A stretch of 63,201 nt of DNA from the IMG/VR virus record IMGVR_UViG_3300022562_002172, positions 1-63,201 of that record; one strand, given 5' to 3'. Under the pieces are notes generated by a model that was given only the letters and a program-made list of their open reading frames with translations, had not been told where the DNA came from and ran no database searches. The DNA is from a virus. Taxonomy: Duplodnaviria; Caudoviricetes. Below, piece after piece: positions 46,253-55,082 of this stretch. The translations under genes and the position numbers were made by a program. Each line of letters starts with the position of its first letter. The stretch's first letter is position 1.

Positions 46253-47278
46253 TTACGGTCCCGGACCCTCTGCCGGAGGAGTTCCGGCCTGGTCCAGCCA
46301 TTCGGAGCCGGGCTTTGAGTTCCAGGGCCACACCGTCCTGGGCCTCGAGGCCATTACGGAGTCCCAGGCCCTGCGTATGCCCGGGCGCGCGAGGACGAAC
46401 GCGACCGGGATAGCTATCATGGCGGCGTCGGCGAGCACCGACCAGGCAACCGGGATTCGTACGAAGTGGTCCGCTATCATCTTCGCCCCGATGAGGATTG
46501 CTATCGCGGCGAGGCTCGACTCGAGGAACCTGTGCCTCTTCAGCAATCCGACCATGACGAAGTACAGGGACCTCATCATGAGGGCGGCAAGCACGTCGGA
46601 CGTGTACACGACGATCGGGTGGTGGGACACCGTGTAGATGGCGGTTATCGAATCGACCGCGGACATGGCATCCACGATCTCGACCGTGGCGACGACGATC
46701 AGGGGCGTGACGAGGAGCTCTCCCCCGCGCAGAGACGTAAGGCCGGCCCTTCCGGCCCAGTCGGACCTCAAGACGAGCTTCAGGAGCCTGCTGTCCGGCC
46801 TCTTTCCGCGGTCGAGGAAGACCTTCAGGCCCACGACGATGAGCGCCGCCCCGAAGACGTAGCTTATCCATCCGAACCTCGGGAGGATGAAGCTTCCGGT
46901 TGCGACCCAAAAGGCCCGGGCAGGGACCATGCACAGGACGCCCCAGGACAGGAGAAAGCTCTGGTACGCCTCGGGGACCCCGTAGAGGGAGAAGATGATG
47001 GAGAACATCAGCAGGTTGTCCATCGACAGGACGCTCTCGGTGAAAAAGCCGTACCCGAACTCCGCTACATAGCTTGGCCCAAGAGACAGGGCGAACCCGG
47101 CGCAGAAGGCCCCGGCCAGGATCACCCAGGTCAGGCTCTCCAGCACGGCGAGCCCGATGCTCCTCTCGTGGGGCTCCCCGTGCACAACCCCGAGGTACAG
47201 GGAGATCACGAGGAGAAGGAGGAAAGCGAGAATGACGTAGTGCTCCGTCCCCACGTGGGTGCCAAGCATGGTGCGCAT
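46253..47278 (-). CDS. TerC/Alx family membrane protein
   Basis: ESVLSMDNL, E..D...AVDSI.AI, RSLYF, many TM helices. Confidence 0.88.
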   Translation of the reverse strand: MRTMLGTHVGTEHYVILAFLLLLVISLYLGVVHGEPHERSIGLAVLESLTWVILAGAFCAGFALSLGPSYVAEFGYGFFTESVLSMDNLLMFSIIFSLYGVPEAYQSFLLSWGVLCMVPARAFWVATGSFILPRFGWISYVFGAALIVVGLKVFLDRGKRPDSRLLKLVLRSDWAGRAGLTSLRGGELLVTPLIVVATVEIVDAMSAVDSITAIYTVSHHPIVVYTSDVLAALMMRSLYFVMVGLLKRHRFLESSLAAIAILIGAKMIADHFVRIPVAWSVLADAAMIAIPVAFVLARPGIRRAWDSVMASRPRTVWPWNSKPGSEWLDQAGTPPAEGPGP

Positions 47279-47279
47279 G

Positions 47280-48281
47280 TCACCTCTGGGCCTTCGAGAC
47301 GTCCAGGAACGGCGTCGCTCCGGACGTGACAGAAGGGAGCTTACCGTCCCACTTGCTTATAGCTTCACGCTGCAGGTCAAGAGATGTCTTCTGGAGGTGG
47401 AGCGGCGTCAGATCCTTCAGGGTCACGTACGCCCTCTGATCTGCGGCCGTCCGGACGTCGAGGGCATCGGCGTACCCCCTGGCCCTCTCCCTTTCCTGTT
47501 CCGCCTCAGCCTTGACCTGCCGGACGCGATTCTCCTCCCTGAGGGCGTCTTCCTTCACGGCTATGGACTTGTTGATGGCGGCCGCGACATCCGGCGGAAG
47601 CCGGAGCGCCCCGTTTATTGTTATTTGGTCGATCATGAAGCCGTCCGGCTTCAGCTTCTCCGCCACCCGCTCGGTCACCTTCTTGACCAGCTCCGCCTTG
47701 CCCTTCCCGTAGATGTCGTCGATGGACATCGTGGAGGCCGTCGCGTTGAAGGCTTCCCGCACGGAGTTCCTGACGTACCCGTTCGCGACCACGTGCAGGT
47801 CCGCCTGGTGGAACCTGAGGAAGAGGTGCGGAGCCAGTGCCGGGTCGACGTGGAAGCCGAGGCCGATGTCCGCGTTCACGCTCACGCCCTCCGTCGAGGA
47901 GAACGTGACGGACTCGTCCACCGGCTTCCCCTCGTGCAGGGAGGACGTCCACACGACGTTCTGGACGCTGATCGGGAACTCTATGACCTGCTCGGTGACT
48001 GGGTTGAAGATCGTCCACCCGGTCACTATCGGGACGTCTTGCACGCCGCGGATTTTGTCCGAACCCGTGAGCTCCACCTTGATTCCGACGTGCGACGCAT
48101 CGATGCGGGTGATGGAGGCGAAGGCGAGGACGATGAGGAGGGACAGGGCCGCGACCGAGGCCAGGACGAGCTTCACCCTTTTGAACGTCCTGGCGTCCAG
48201 CCGCGGAGGAGGGAGGCTGTCCGCCGGCGGGCCCTTGCCGCCGGGCAAATCTGCCGGGGTCCCTTCGTCTTTGTCCGTCAC
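47280..48281 (-). CDS. SPFH/band 7 (prohibitin-like) protein
   Basis: N-terminal TM, HVGIKV, VRNSVREA, coiled coil, KWDGKLP. Confidence 0.88.
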   Translation of the reverse strand: MTDKDEGTPADLPGGKGPPADSLPPPRLDARTFKRVKLVLASVAALSLLIVLAFASITRIDASHVGIKVELTGSDKIRGVQDVPIVTGWTIFNPVTEQVIEFPISVQNVVWTSSLHEGKPVDESVTFSSTEGVSVNADIGLGFHVDPALAPHLFLRFHQADLHVVANGYVRNSVREAFNATASTMSIDDIYGKGKAELVKKVTERVAEKLKPDGFMIDQITINGALRLPPDVAAAINKSIAVKEDALREENRVRQVKAEAEQERERARGYADALDVRTAADQRAYVTLKDLTPLHLQKTSLDLQREAISKWDGKLPSVTSGATPFLDVSKAQR

Positions 48282-49096
48282 ATCGCCTCCAGGACCTGCT
48301 TGACCTCGTCCTCCGACATGAGCTTCGCGATCTCGAAATGCATGCCGTCCTTTCGGCCGAAATGCCCTCCCCAGTAGAGGCCGAGCCGGTTCGCGATCGG
48401 GACGAGCTTGCGCACGCTCCCATGCTTCCCGACGAGGGCCGGCACGGACCCGAGATAGTTCCACGGGACGTTGATGTCGAACGCGGACCCGAAGCTGTGG
48501 TTCGACAGGATGGTCCTGGACCCGCGGATGAAGCGGGCGGAGTAGGAGCCTCCCCACGAGAGGACGAGCTTCCCGAGGCCGGCCTTCTCAGCCGCCTGGA
48601 AGAAGCCGGCGAACTGCGCAGCCCCAAACCTGTGGAACGGGAAGCTCTTGTGACCCGCGGTCCCGGTGACGCCGACGAGCTGCGGGACCTCGACCTGAAC
48701 AATGTTATCCCGGTACCAGGACCCGAGGACCGTGATAGCCTCCGGGTTCCCAGGGATTCCGGCCGGCTTGTATTGGAATTGACCGAAGAGAGCGGCCTTC
48801 GCCCCATCACCGCCAAGAGGCGAGAAGTCCGGACGGGGCGGCCAATTCGGCCCTGATTCCGCTTCGGAATCATCCTCGAGCGGATCGAACCCGTCCGTCA
48901 TGGCAACTCCATACGTGAGACGCCCAACCTCCCCGTCCGGGTTCAGGTTGCGCGACCCTTGATAATCCCGGGTCGCGTCCTTCGTCATCTCGTCAAATTT
49001 GCCGTCGACCTCCAACCAATAGAAGTCGCGCCCGCGTAGGAAATACTCCCACTGCAGGACGTCGTCGCCCGACATACCGAGTCTTAGCGTCCTCAT
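48278..49096 (-). CDS. Endolysin: peptidoglycan-binding domain plus M15 peptidase
   Basis: TLRLGMSGDDV...DG.F...T..A...YQ...L..DG.VG; SNHSFG.AFD; DGMHFE. Confidence 0.9.
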   Translation of the reverse strand: MRTLRLGMSGDDVLQWEYFLRGRDFYWLEVDGKFDEMTKDATRDYQGSRNLNPDGEVGRLTYGVAMTDGFDPLEDDSEAESGPNWPPRPDFSPLGGDGAKAALFGQFQYKPAGIPGNPEAITVLGSWYRDNIVQVEVPQLVGVTGTAGHKSFPFHRFGAAQFAGFFQAAEKAGLGKLVLSWGGSYSARFIRGSRTILSNHSFGSAFDINVPWNYLGSVPALVGKHGSVRKLVPIANRLGLYWGGHFGRKDGMHFEIAKLMSEDEVKQVLEAM

Positions 49097-49099
49097 GAG

Positions 49100-49981
49100 G
49101 TGATCTTACCTGAACCCACAGGGGCTTTGAGAGTGACTCGATTCTACAGGATGAGGGGAAAGGATGATGGTCTACCGGCCCCGGGATACGTAACCTGGGA
49201 CTCCAGGGATCAGCCCGACTACGCCGGCGCATACGTCACCGGCTTGGTTGGGTCCCTCGTTTCCGGAAGCGTCGTGGTCCAGAGCGAGTTCGACGCCCCG
49301 AGTCTCGTCACCCTCTACGAAGTCGATTTCACGTCTCTCGCAAATCAGACGCTCGGAGATGCCGGATCTACGCCGACAATCGACGGTCGGACATGGTATC
49401 AGGTGAGTCAGGCGGCCGGAGTTCCGACGCACTCACAGATCGTGAACGGGACCGGGCTCGTCGTTACCAACAGCGGATCTACTGGGACGTACAGGCTCGG
49501 AATTCGGTTTGCCGACGTGGACCCTGGATTCACGGCGGATCCGAGGCAGCAAAGGTACGAGGTATGGATGCTCGGGGCCCGTTCTGGGACTCCGGCCGGA
49601 GCCTCCGTATACGGGGCGTTCATCGGGGACTCGACGAATGCGACCCTCTACGTGTACGGAGTCGGATTTGAAGGCGGGACTCCGAGCCTCGAGTATTTTT
49701 CCTTCGCAACAGGCTTCGCTATCATCAACACCGCCGCGTCCAACGCACACGACGTGTTCCATCTGTCGATGATGAATAGATATGCTTTCGAAGGACGGTA
49801 CGGGGACTCGTCTGGGGGGCAGTTCCCGGGCTACGACGGGCTGACACTGATGGCAAAACACGCCAACCGGATGGACCCGGTCTCGACAAGCGTTCTCGCA
49901 GCCGGAGTCATGGCCAACAACGTCGCCGGGCCGGTCATGACGTACACCCGAATGAAAATCGTGAAAATATCGGGTGTGTGA
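49100..49981 (+). CDS. Hypothetical beta-rich protein, possibly virion/tail
   Basis: Gly/Ser/Thr-rich 293-aa ORF on the strand opposite its neighbours. Confidence 0.6.
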   Translation: MILPEPTGALRVTRFYRMRGKDDGLPAPGYVTWDSRDQPDYAGAYVTGLVGSLVSGSVVVQSEFDAPSLVTLYEVDFTSLANQTLGDAGSTPTIDGRTWYQVSQAAGVPTHSQIVNGTGLVVTNSGSTGTYRLGIRFADVDPGFTADPRQQRYEVWMLGARSGTPAGASVYGAFIGDSTNATLYVYGVGFEGGTPSLEYFSFATGFAIINTAASNAHDVFHLSMMNRYAFEGRYGDSSGGQFPGYDGLTLMAKHANRMDPVSTSVLAAGVMANNVAGPVMTYTRMKIVKISGV

Positions 49982-49998
49982 TCGATCGAAGGGCACGG

Positions 49999-50070
49999 CG
50001 GGCACGGCGGGGGTCGAACCCGCGACCGGCGGATTTAAAATCCGCAGCTCTGCCTCTGAGCTACGCGCCC
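49999..50070 (-). tRNA. tRNA with anticodon UUA (putative ochre suppressor)
   Basis: GGGCGCG/CGTGCCC acceptor, GCTC D stem, GCGGA-TTTTAAA-TCCGC anticodon arm, GGTTCGACCCC T arm. Confidence 0.85.
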
Positions 50071-50690
50071 GGTTCAAGCTCCTCGATTGCCCTCCTTAAG
50101 TTCTCCCTAGCCCTGTCCTCGAGTTCCTCCCTGAACAAGTCAGTGTGGAACACGCTGTCCATACCGATAAACCTGCGGAGGACGGATAGCCTCCCCGTCC
50201 GGAAAAGGTCATCCGGGACGTGCGCGTACTCGGACCTGATCTGGCGCCCGTACTCGGAGAAGCGGTCCCACTCGGCCCCGAGGATGGACAGGTCGGCGTC
50301 GACTACGCACTTCGCGTCCGGGGTCTTGAGCTCCCCGCCCCGGTGCTGCGTCAGGAGGATGAGGCCCCGGACCCGGAAGCACTCGACCTCCCTGATCCCG
50401 GCGGCGGCCAGGGACTTGGTCGCGAAGTCCGCGCTCCTCCTCTCGCTGTCCGAGGCCCTGACGTCGTATACGGCGTCGTGAAACCAGACGGCGAGCTCGG
50501 CGCTCGCCGAGACGTCCCCGATCTTGTCCAGGGCGGCCATGCACTCCGACAGGTGGCGGGTGTTGTGGTACGCGCGGCGCGAGTCCGAATAACGAAGGAC
50601 GAGGTTGTCGAACAGGTCCTCCGGGGCGTCAAGCCCAGCCTTAGACCACGTCTTGATCCACCTGTCGAACAGATCGGCGGTCAGGGCCAT
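50061..50690 (-). CDS. HD-superfamily metal-dependent phosphohydrolase
   Basis: R.YHN..H, WFHDAVYD, E.RSA, DADLSILG, IRSEY. Confidence 0.88.
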   Translation of the reverse strand: MALTADLFDRWIKTWSKAGLDAPEDLFDNLVLRYSDSRRAYHNTRHLSECMAALDKIGDVSASAELAVWFHDAVYDVRASDSERRSADFATKSLAAAGIREVECFRVRGLILLTQHRGGELKTPDAKCVVDADLSILGAEWDRFSEYGRQIRSEYAHVPDDLFRTGRLSVLRRFIGMDSVFHTDLFREELEDRARENLRRAIEELEPGA

Positions 50691-50691
50691 G

Positions 50692-51096
50692 TCAGAAGGT
50701 TATCCCTACCTTCTCGAAGAGGGCCTGATTGTACTCGCCGAACGCCCCGTATGCGAGCTCGGCCGGCCGGCACCACCTGACTACTCCGGCCTCATCGGTG
50801 TGAATCTCGCCCTCCACCTCGCCCTCGAAGGTCGTGCAGTAGGAGTCTTCACACAGGGCCTCATACACGGGCTCCATGTTCTTGATATTGAGCCCGGTCT
50901 CTTCCTTGAGCTCGCGCTTCGCGGCCTGTTCGTCCGTCTCTCCCTCCTCTACGTGACCGCCGGGGAGGGAGAACTTCGACGGATCGTCCTTCCTGGATAC
51001 ACCGAGCACCATCCCGTCCTCGCGGAAGACGAGGATCGCGACTGTCCTGCCCAGTTCCTGCTCCAAGTCGTTGGAAAGGATCTCGTCGTCCGTCAT
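50692..51096 (-). CDS. Nudix hydrolase
   Basis: Complete box GGHVEEGETDEQAAKRELKEETGL. Confidence 0.92.
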   Translation of the reverse strand: MTDDEILSNDLEQELGRTVAILVFREDGMVLGVSRKDDPSKFSLPGGHVEEGETDEQAAKRELKEETGLNIKNMEPVYEALCEDSYCTTFEGEVEGEIHTDEAGVVRWCRPAELAYGAFGEYNQALFEKVGITF

Positions 51097-51127
51097 GGCG
51101 GACGGTACCGGGGAAGGGAGCGGACTT

Positions 51128-51610
51128 TCACGCAGCCTCGAGCTGCTCCGCCAGGAGCTTGCGTCCGCGGTGGAGCCTGCTCATGACGGTCCCGATGGGG
51201 ACCCCCATGGACGCGGCTGCCTCCCTGTACCGGAAGCCCTCGAGGTCGACGAGCTCGACGGCGGACCTGTATTGGGCCGGAAGGGCGCGAACAGCGGACC
51301 GGACCTGCTTCTTCGTCAGGTCGGACTCGGGGGACTCGGCGGCGGGCCTGAGCAATCCGTCATCCCGTGCCTTCGCCAGGATCCTCCTGTGGTTCGCGTC
51401 CCTGACCTTCCCGCCGATGAACAGGTTCGTGGCGATCCTGCAGAGCCAGGCGCCGATGTTTGTCCCGGACTCGTACCTGTCCTTGGCCTCCATCGCCCGG
51501 ATGACCGTGCTCTGGACGAGGTCCTTGGAATCTTCCTGGTTGCGAGTGAGCCTGATCGCTGCACGGCGCAGGGCAGGGAGACCCGACTCGAGCTCTTGCT
51601 CGAACGTCAT
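51128..51610 (-). CDS. ECF sigma factor
   Basis: A.RLTRN..D..DLVQ, AWL.RIA.N, Y.E.A..MGVPIGTVMSRLHRGR. Confidence 0.93.
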   Translation of the reverse strand: MTFEQELESGLPALRRAAIRLTRNQEDSKDLVQSTVIRAMEAKDRYESGTNIGAWLCRIATNLFIGGKVRDANHRRILAKARDDGLLRPAAESPESDLTKKQVRSAVRALPAQYRSAVELVDLEGFRYREAAASMGVPIGTVMSRLHRGRKLLAEQLEAA

Positions 51611-51996
51611 ACCTCACCCCCTCCAGCCATATCCTGAACCAGCTCCGCACGTCCGACATTCCGAACCTCCGTGTCCCCATCCATCCAAAGGAGGGCTGCG
51701 CCCTCGTCCGTCCCGGCCGCGCCGGCCACCACGCCGACGAGGCGTGCCCTAGCATCGGGGACAAAGTCCTCGAGGCACGTCTCCTCCAGGGCCCTATATG
51801 GGACTCCGCGCAGCATGGCGTAGGCCAGCAGGGCCTCCCGTGCGTCGCTTCCGACGTGCGCCTTCTCCAGCCGGAGGGCGTGGCGCTCCGGCCCCCTCGC
51901 GGCGGAGATCCTGGCGTTGTACGACCGCCCGCGGGCGGCCAGGCGCAAGATACTCTCGCGCAGGTCCTTGATCCTCTTCCAGTCCTTCTTTTCCAT
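51607..51996 (-). CDS. Hypothetical phage protein
   Basis: AR..LLAYAMLRGVPY..LE; SD AGGAGG. Confidence 0.65.
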   Translation of the reverse strand: MEKKDWKRIKDLRESILRLAARGRSYNARISAARGPERHALRLEKAHVGSDAREALLAYAMLRGVPYRALEETCLEDFVPDARARLVGVVAGAAGTDEGAALLWMDGDTEVRNVGRAELVQDMAGGGEV

Positions 51997-52105
51997 GGCG
52001 TCCTCCTGTGTTTCCGGTGCTCGACCTGTGTGAGGGAGCTCCGTAGGGAGGGCCACGTGGCGGAAGTGCTTACAAGAACGGGATCATCTTGGGCCCAAGG
52101 ATAAC

Positions 52106-52351
52106 TCACTCGAGTTCTTCTGTCAATCCGTCTTGGATGAACTCGCTGAGAATGAAGTCACGAACTTTTCCAGGACGGACAGCCGGTGGATCCCCCTCCC
52201 ATCCTTCATGGAAAAACCTCTGACGCATCTCGCCCGTCTCCTGGTCCTCGACCGTCAAGCGGACGGAATCCAGTCCGGCCTTCCGAACCATCCAACGGTA
52301 TAGACGCCCGTCGACTTCGATTCCACGGCTCGATTTCTTCGGGAGGGTCAT
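52106..52351 (-). CDS. Hypothetical protein
   Basis: MTLPKKSSRGIEVDGRLYRW; GTACGCT-N6-ATG. Confidence 0.7.
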   Translation of the reverse strand: MTLPKKSSRGIEVDGRLYRWMVRKAGLDSVRLTVEDQETGEMRQRFFHEGWEGDPPAVRPGKVRDFILSEFIQDGLTEELE

Positions 52352-52388
52352 GGGAGTAGCGTACGCCTCCTATTCGCGGATCTCCCTG

Positions 52389-52694
52389 ATGGACGAGAGC
52401 GCCCTAATGGCTGCCGCTTCGCGGGTCGCCGCCGAGAAGGACCCGAAGAAGAAAAGCCCGACCGGGCCGGAACCGGACGGGGAACCGGACTGGCAGAAAA
52501 TACGCGGCCAGTTCGAGACAGCTGTCAAGAGCACCTTCGCCGACCTGAGGCAGGCGATCAAGGACGAGGACTCGAAGCTGACGGTCTACCAGATGAAGCG
52601 CATGCTCGATTCCCTCATCTTCCTGGCGAAGTTCATGAAGATGAGGGACGTGTTCATGAAGCTCCAGCAGGTGGACAAGAAGCTGTTCGGGTGA
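52389..52694 (+). CDS. Hypothetical protein with N-terminal SRVAA motif
   Basis: MDESALMAAASRVAAEK... Confidence 0.65.
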   Translation: MDESALMAAASRVAAEKDPKKKSPTGPEPDGEPDWQKIRGQFETAVKSTFADLRQAIKDEDSKLTVYQMKRMLDSLIFLAKFMKMRDVFMKLQQVDKKLFG

Positions 52695-53238
52695 CCTCGA
52701 GCTCCGCCTTCAGCTTAGCCACGTGGTCCTCGAGCTCCTGGACCCGCTTCCAGAACCGGTCGCATGCGGCAGCCTTCTCCTCGACGGACATGAGGTCCGC
52801 GCTCTGCATCCCGGATGGCGTCTGCGCGAGGACGACCGGAAACTTGTATCTAGCCCACGTCTTCGGATAGAGGGCCTTCGCTATCCGGACGGCGTCGTCC
52901 CATGTGTGCGTCCCGCGGATCAGGAAGGTGCTGCTGCTCCCGTGCCGGCTGTCGACGGACCTGTCCCAGAAGGAGATGGCAGTCCATCCCCTCTTGTGAT
53001 GTAGGGCCGCATGCCCCTGCGGCGCCTCCTTTGAGACCTCTGGGTACCCGCCCTCCCTGCGGGACTCGCGCCTCTCGGCCGGCGGGAGTGTTCCGTCTAG
53101 CTCCGGCCACGGGAAGAGCTCGCGCGCCTCCCGCCGGGCCGTCGATCCCTCCGCTTGCCACAGGTAGTGGCCCGTGTCCCCGTAACACCCGAAGTAATAG
53201 ACGTCAGGGACGACCATATGGTCACGGTACTCGGACAC
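52654..53238 (-). CDS. Hypothetical phage protein
   Basis: YYFGC...GH, GWTAISFWDRSVDSR. Confidence 0.7.
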   Translation of the reverse strand: MSEYRDHMVVPDVYYFGCYGDTGHYLWQAEGSTARREARELFPWPELDGTLPPAERRESRREGGYPEVSKEAPQGHAALHHKRGWTAISFWDRSVDSRHGSSSTFLIRGTHTWDDAVRIAKALYPKTWARYKFPVVLAQTPSGMQSADLMSVEEKAAACDRFWKRVQELEDHVAKLKAELEVTRTASCPPAGAS

Positions 53239-54100
53239 GGGCCCACATCGTGAGGGAGTCCATCACTCCGGGCCAGCTCGGCGCCCTTATCCGCGCCGTT
53301 AGCCGAAACTCGCTCCTAAGCCTGGTATGGAAGGCATCGTCGGCCGTCACTTCCGGATCTCCGACATACGCCAGGACGTCCCCACGCCAGTTATCGAGGC
53401 AGGAGAAGGCCATTGGCCCTCGAGGGGGCCAACACAGCAGGAGGGTCCTGTCAGAGTGCTCAGCAAGGACTGTCTCGTCTCCGGGGAGGACCTCGCTCCA
53501 GGTGATCCCCTCAATGTTGCTCATGTTCAGGCTGTTGCCTCGCCTCGCGAGTCGGTCGTAGGCAACCACGTCGGCCCCGAGTGTCCTAAGGAGCCATGCC
53601 CAGTATCCGGACCCGGCCCCCATTTCGACGACAGGTCCGGGAGCTTGGATCTGCCGCAGGATCGCCTCCGTCGGAGTCCCCCACGCGTACCGCTGGACGA
53701 GGTAGTCCCTGATTCCGAGCGTGTTACTGGAGCATACGGAGATCAGCGCGGCCATCGCGTCCGCGTCCTCGAGCCCCTCCGGTGCCGGCGGACAAACGGA
53801 AGCGTGCATGCGCAGCATTTCGTTCCGCCGCCTTAGGACGTCGACGCTGCTCTTCCACGGCAGCATGCTCTCCTTCTCGGCCTTGGTGAGGGACTTGACC
53901 CTGGCCTCCTCGCGCATCGCCCCGGACTTATCCGGAAACGCCTTGGACCAGACGAGCCAGACGGGGCGGGCCGTGCGCGTGTACCTGGCCCCCTTCCCTG
54001 AGTTGTGGGCCCGAACCCGCTCCGCAAGGTCGTTCGTGGCGCCGGCATAGAGAGACCCGTCGGAGCAGCGGACCATGTACGCGAACCACCGGTCACGCAT
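53222..54100 (-). CDS. GIY-YIG nuclease fused to class I SAM-dependent methyltransferase
   Basis: YMVRCSDGSLYAG.T..L..R...HN.GKGARYT; VVEMGAGSGYW, VVAYD, LLLCWP. Confidence 0.82.
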   Translation of the reverse strand: MRDRWFAYMVRCSDGSLYAGATNDLAERVRAHNSGKGARYTRTARPVWLVWSKAFPDKSGAMREEARVKSLTKAEKESMLPWKSSVDVLRRRNEMLRMHASVCPPAPEGLEDADAMAALISVCSSNTLGIRDYLVQRYAWGTPTEAILRQIQAPGPVVEMGAGSGYWAWLLRTLGADVVAYDRLARRGNSLNMSNIEGITWSEVLPGDETVLAEHSDRTLLLCWPPRGPMAFSCLDNWRGDVLAYVGDPEVTADDAFHTRLRSEFRLTARIRAPSWPGVMDSLTMWARVRVP

Positions 54101-54356
54101 TGTGCACCTCCCATGCCGGGAAGTCCGGGTGTTCATACACCGCGAGTAACACGTCCGCGAGGACCTCGTCCGCGTCCGCCTTTATAGGCACCGGGCTTCC
54201 CCTGAAGGTGTTGAAGACCCACCTCCTCAGTTCGGCGACGACGCTCTGGCCAGGCCTGGGCCGGATCCACACCTCATACCCGAGAAACTGGACCATAATC
54301 GTGTCGCAGTCGAACTTGACGGTGACGTCCGTCTTCAGTCTCACATGGTCGGTCAT
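54093..54356 (-). CDS. Hypothetical protein
   Basis: ATGA overlap. Confidence 0.55.
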   Translation of the reverse strand: MTDHVRLKTDVTVKFDCDTIMVQFLGYEVWIRPRPGQSVVAELRRWVFNTFRGSPVPIKADADEVLADVLLAVYEHPDFPAWEVHNA

Positions 54357-54730
54357 GTGTCGAACGGGAAAAGGTCGGGGAACTCGGACCTGACGGCGGC
54401 GCACAGCCTGTCGCAGCTGTCGACGTCGAGACTACCGATGTGGGCCTCGTGGGCCTCGACTCCGAGGATCGCCGCCATCCAGGCGTAGGCCTGGGTCCTG
54501 CTCATCAAGCCGTGGCGCCACAGCCTGTCGAACGCGTCGTGCGCCATCGTTCGCGCCCGGCGCGTGGGTGCGTCCGCCGGGGATCCCATCGGGCTCCCGT
54601 CCGGGTGCGCCCCGTGCGACGTTTTGCATCCTGGGCCGGTGCAGTGCCAGTTCACGCCCCACCTGCTCCCCATCAGGCGCATGGAGCTCCCGCAGTCCGG
54701 GCAAGTAAGGTCAGCTCTTCCTTGCGGCAT
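54353..54730 (-). CDS. DUF3268-like zinc-finger protein
   Basis: CPDCG...C....C...GAH...G..A...R.AR..AH..FD.LW...R..AY.W.A..LG....HIG. Confidence 0.8.
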   Translation of the reverse strand: MPQGRADLTCPDCGSSMRLMGSRWGVNWHCTGPGCKTSHGAHPDGSPMGSPADAPTRRARTMAHDAFDRLWRHGLMSRTQAYAWMAAILGVEAHEAHIGSLDVDSCDRLCAAVRSEFPDLFPFDT

Positions 54731-55082
54731 AGAGGGCCCTTCGGAGGGCGGTCGGGTCCACGGGCTTCCGGAGGAAGCCGACCTTCCCAAGCAAGGCCTT
54801 CGCCCGGCCCCGGGGCTCGCCGCCCGTCATGAGGACGATGGTCTTCGCTCTGTCTGGATCCTTGGCGAGTACGGCCTCATAGAGCTCGTCCCCGCGCATC
54901 CCCGGCATGTCCACGTCGCTCAGCACGGAGTCGAAGGATCCGCTGAGGACCATTGGTAGGGCCTCCGCCCCATCGGACGCGAAGGAGACGTCGAACTCCC
55001 TGCTTAGGAGGCGTCCCACGGCCCTGCGCATGAGCTCATCGTCTTCCACAACAAGGACCCTGTGCCTAGTCGGTTGCATCAT
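54711..55082 (-). CDS. Single-domain response regulator (CheY-like)
   Basis: VLVVEDD, SDVDMPG, MTG, KP. Confidence 0.9.
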   Translation of the reverse strand: MMQPTRHRVLVVEDDELMRRAVGRLLSREFDVSFASDGAEALPMVLSGSFDSVLSDVDMPGMRGDELYEAVLAKDPDRAKTIVLMTGGEPRGRAKALLGKVGFLRKPVDPTALRRALYAARKS

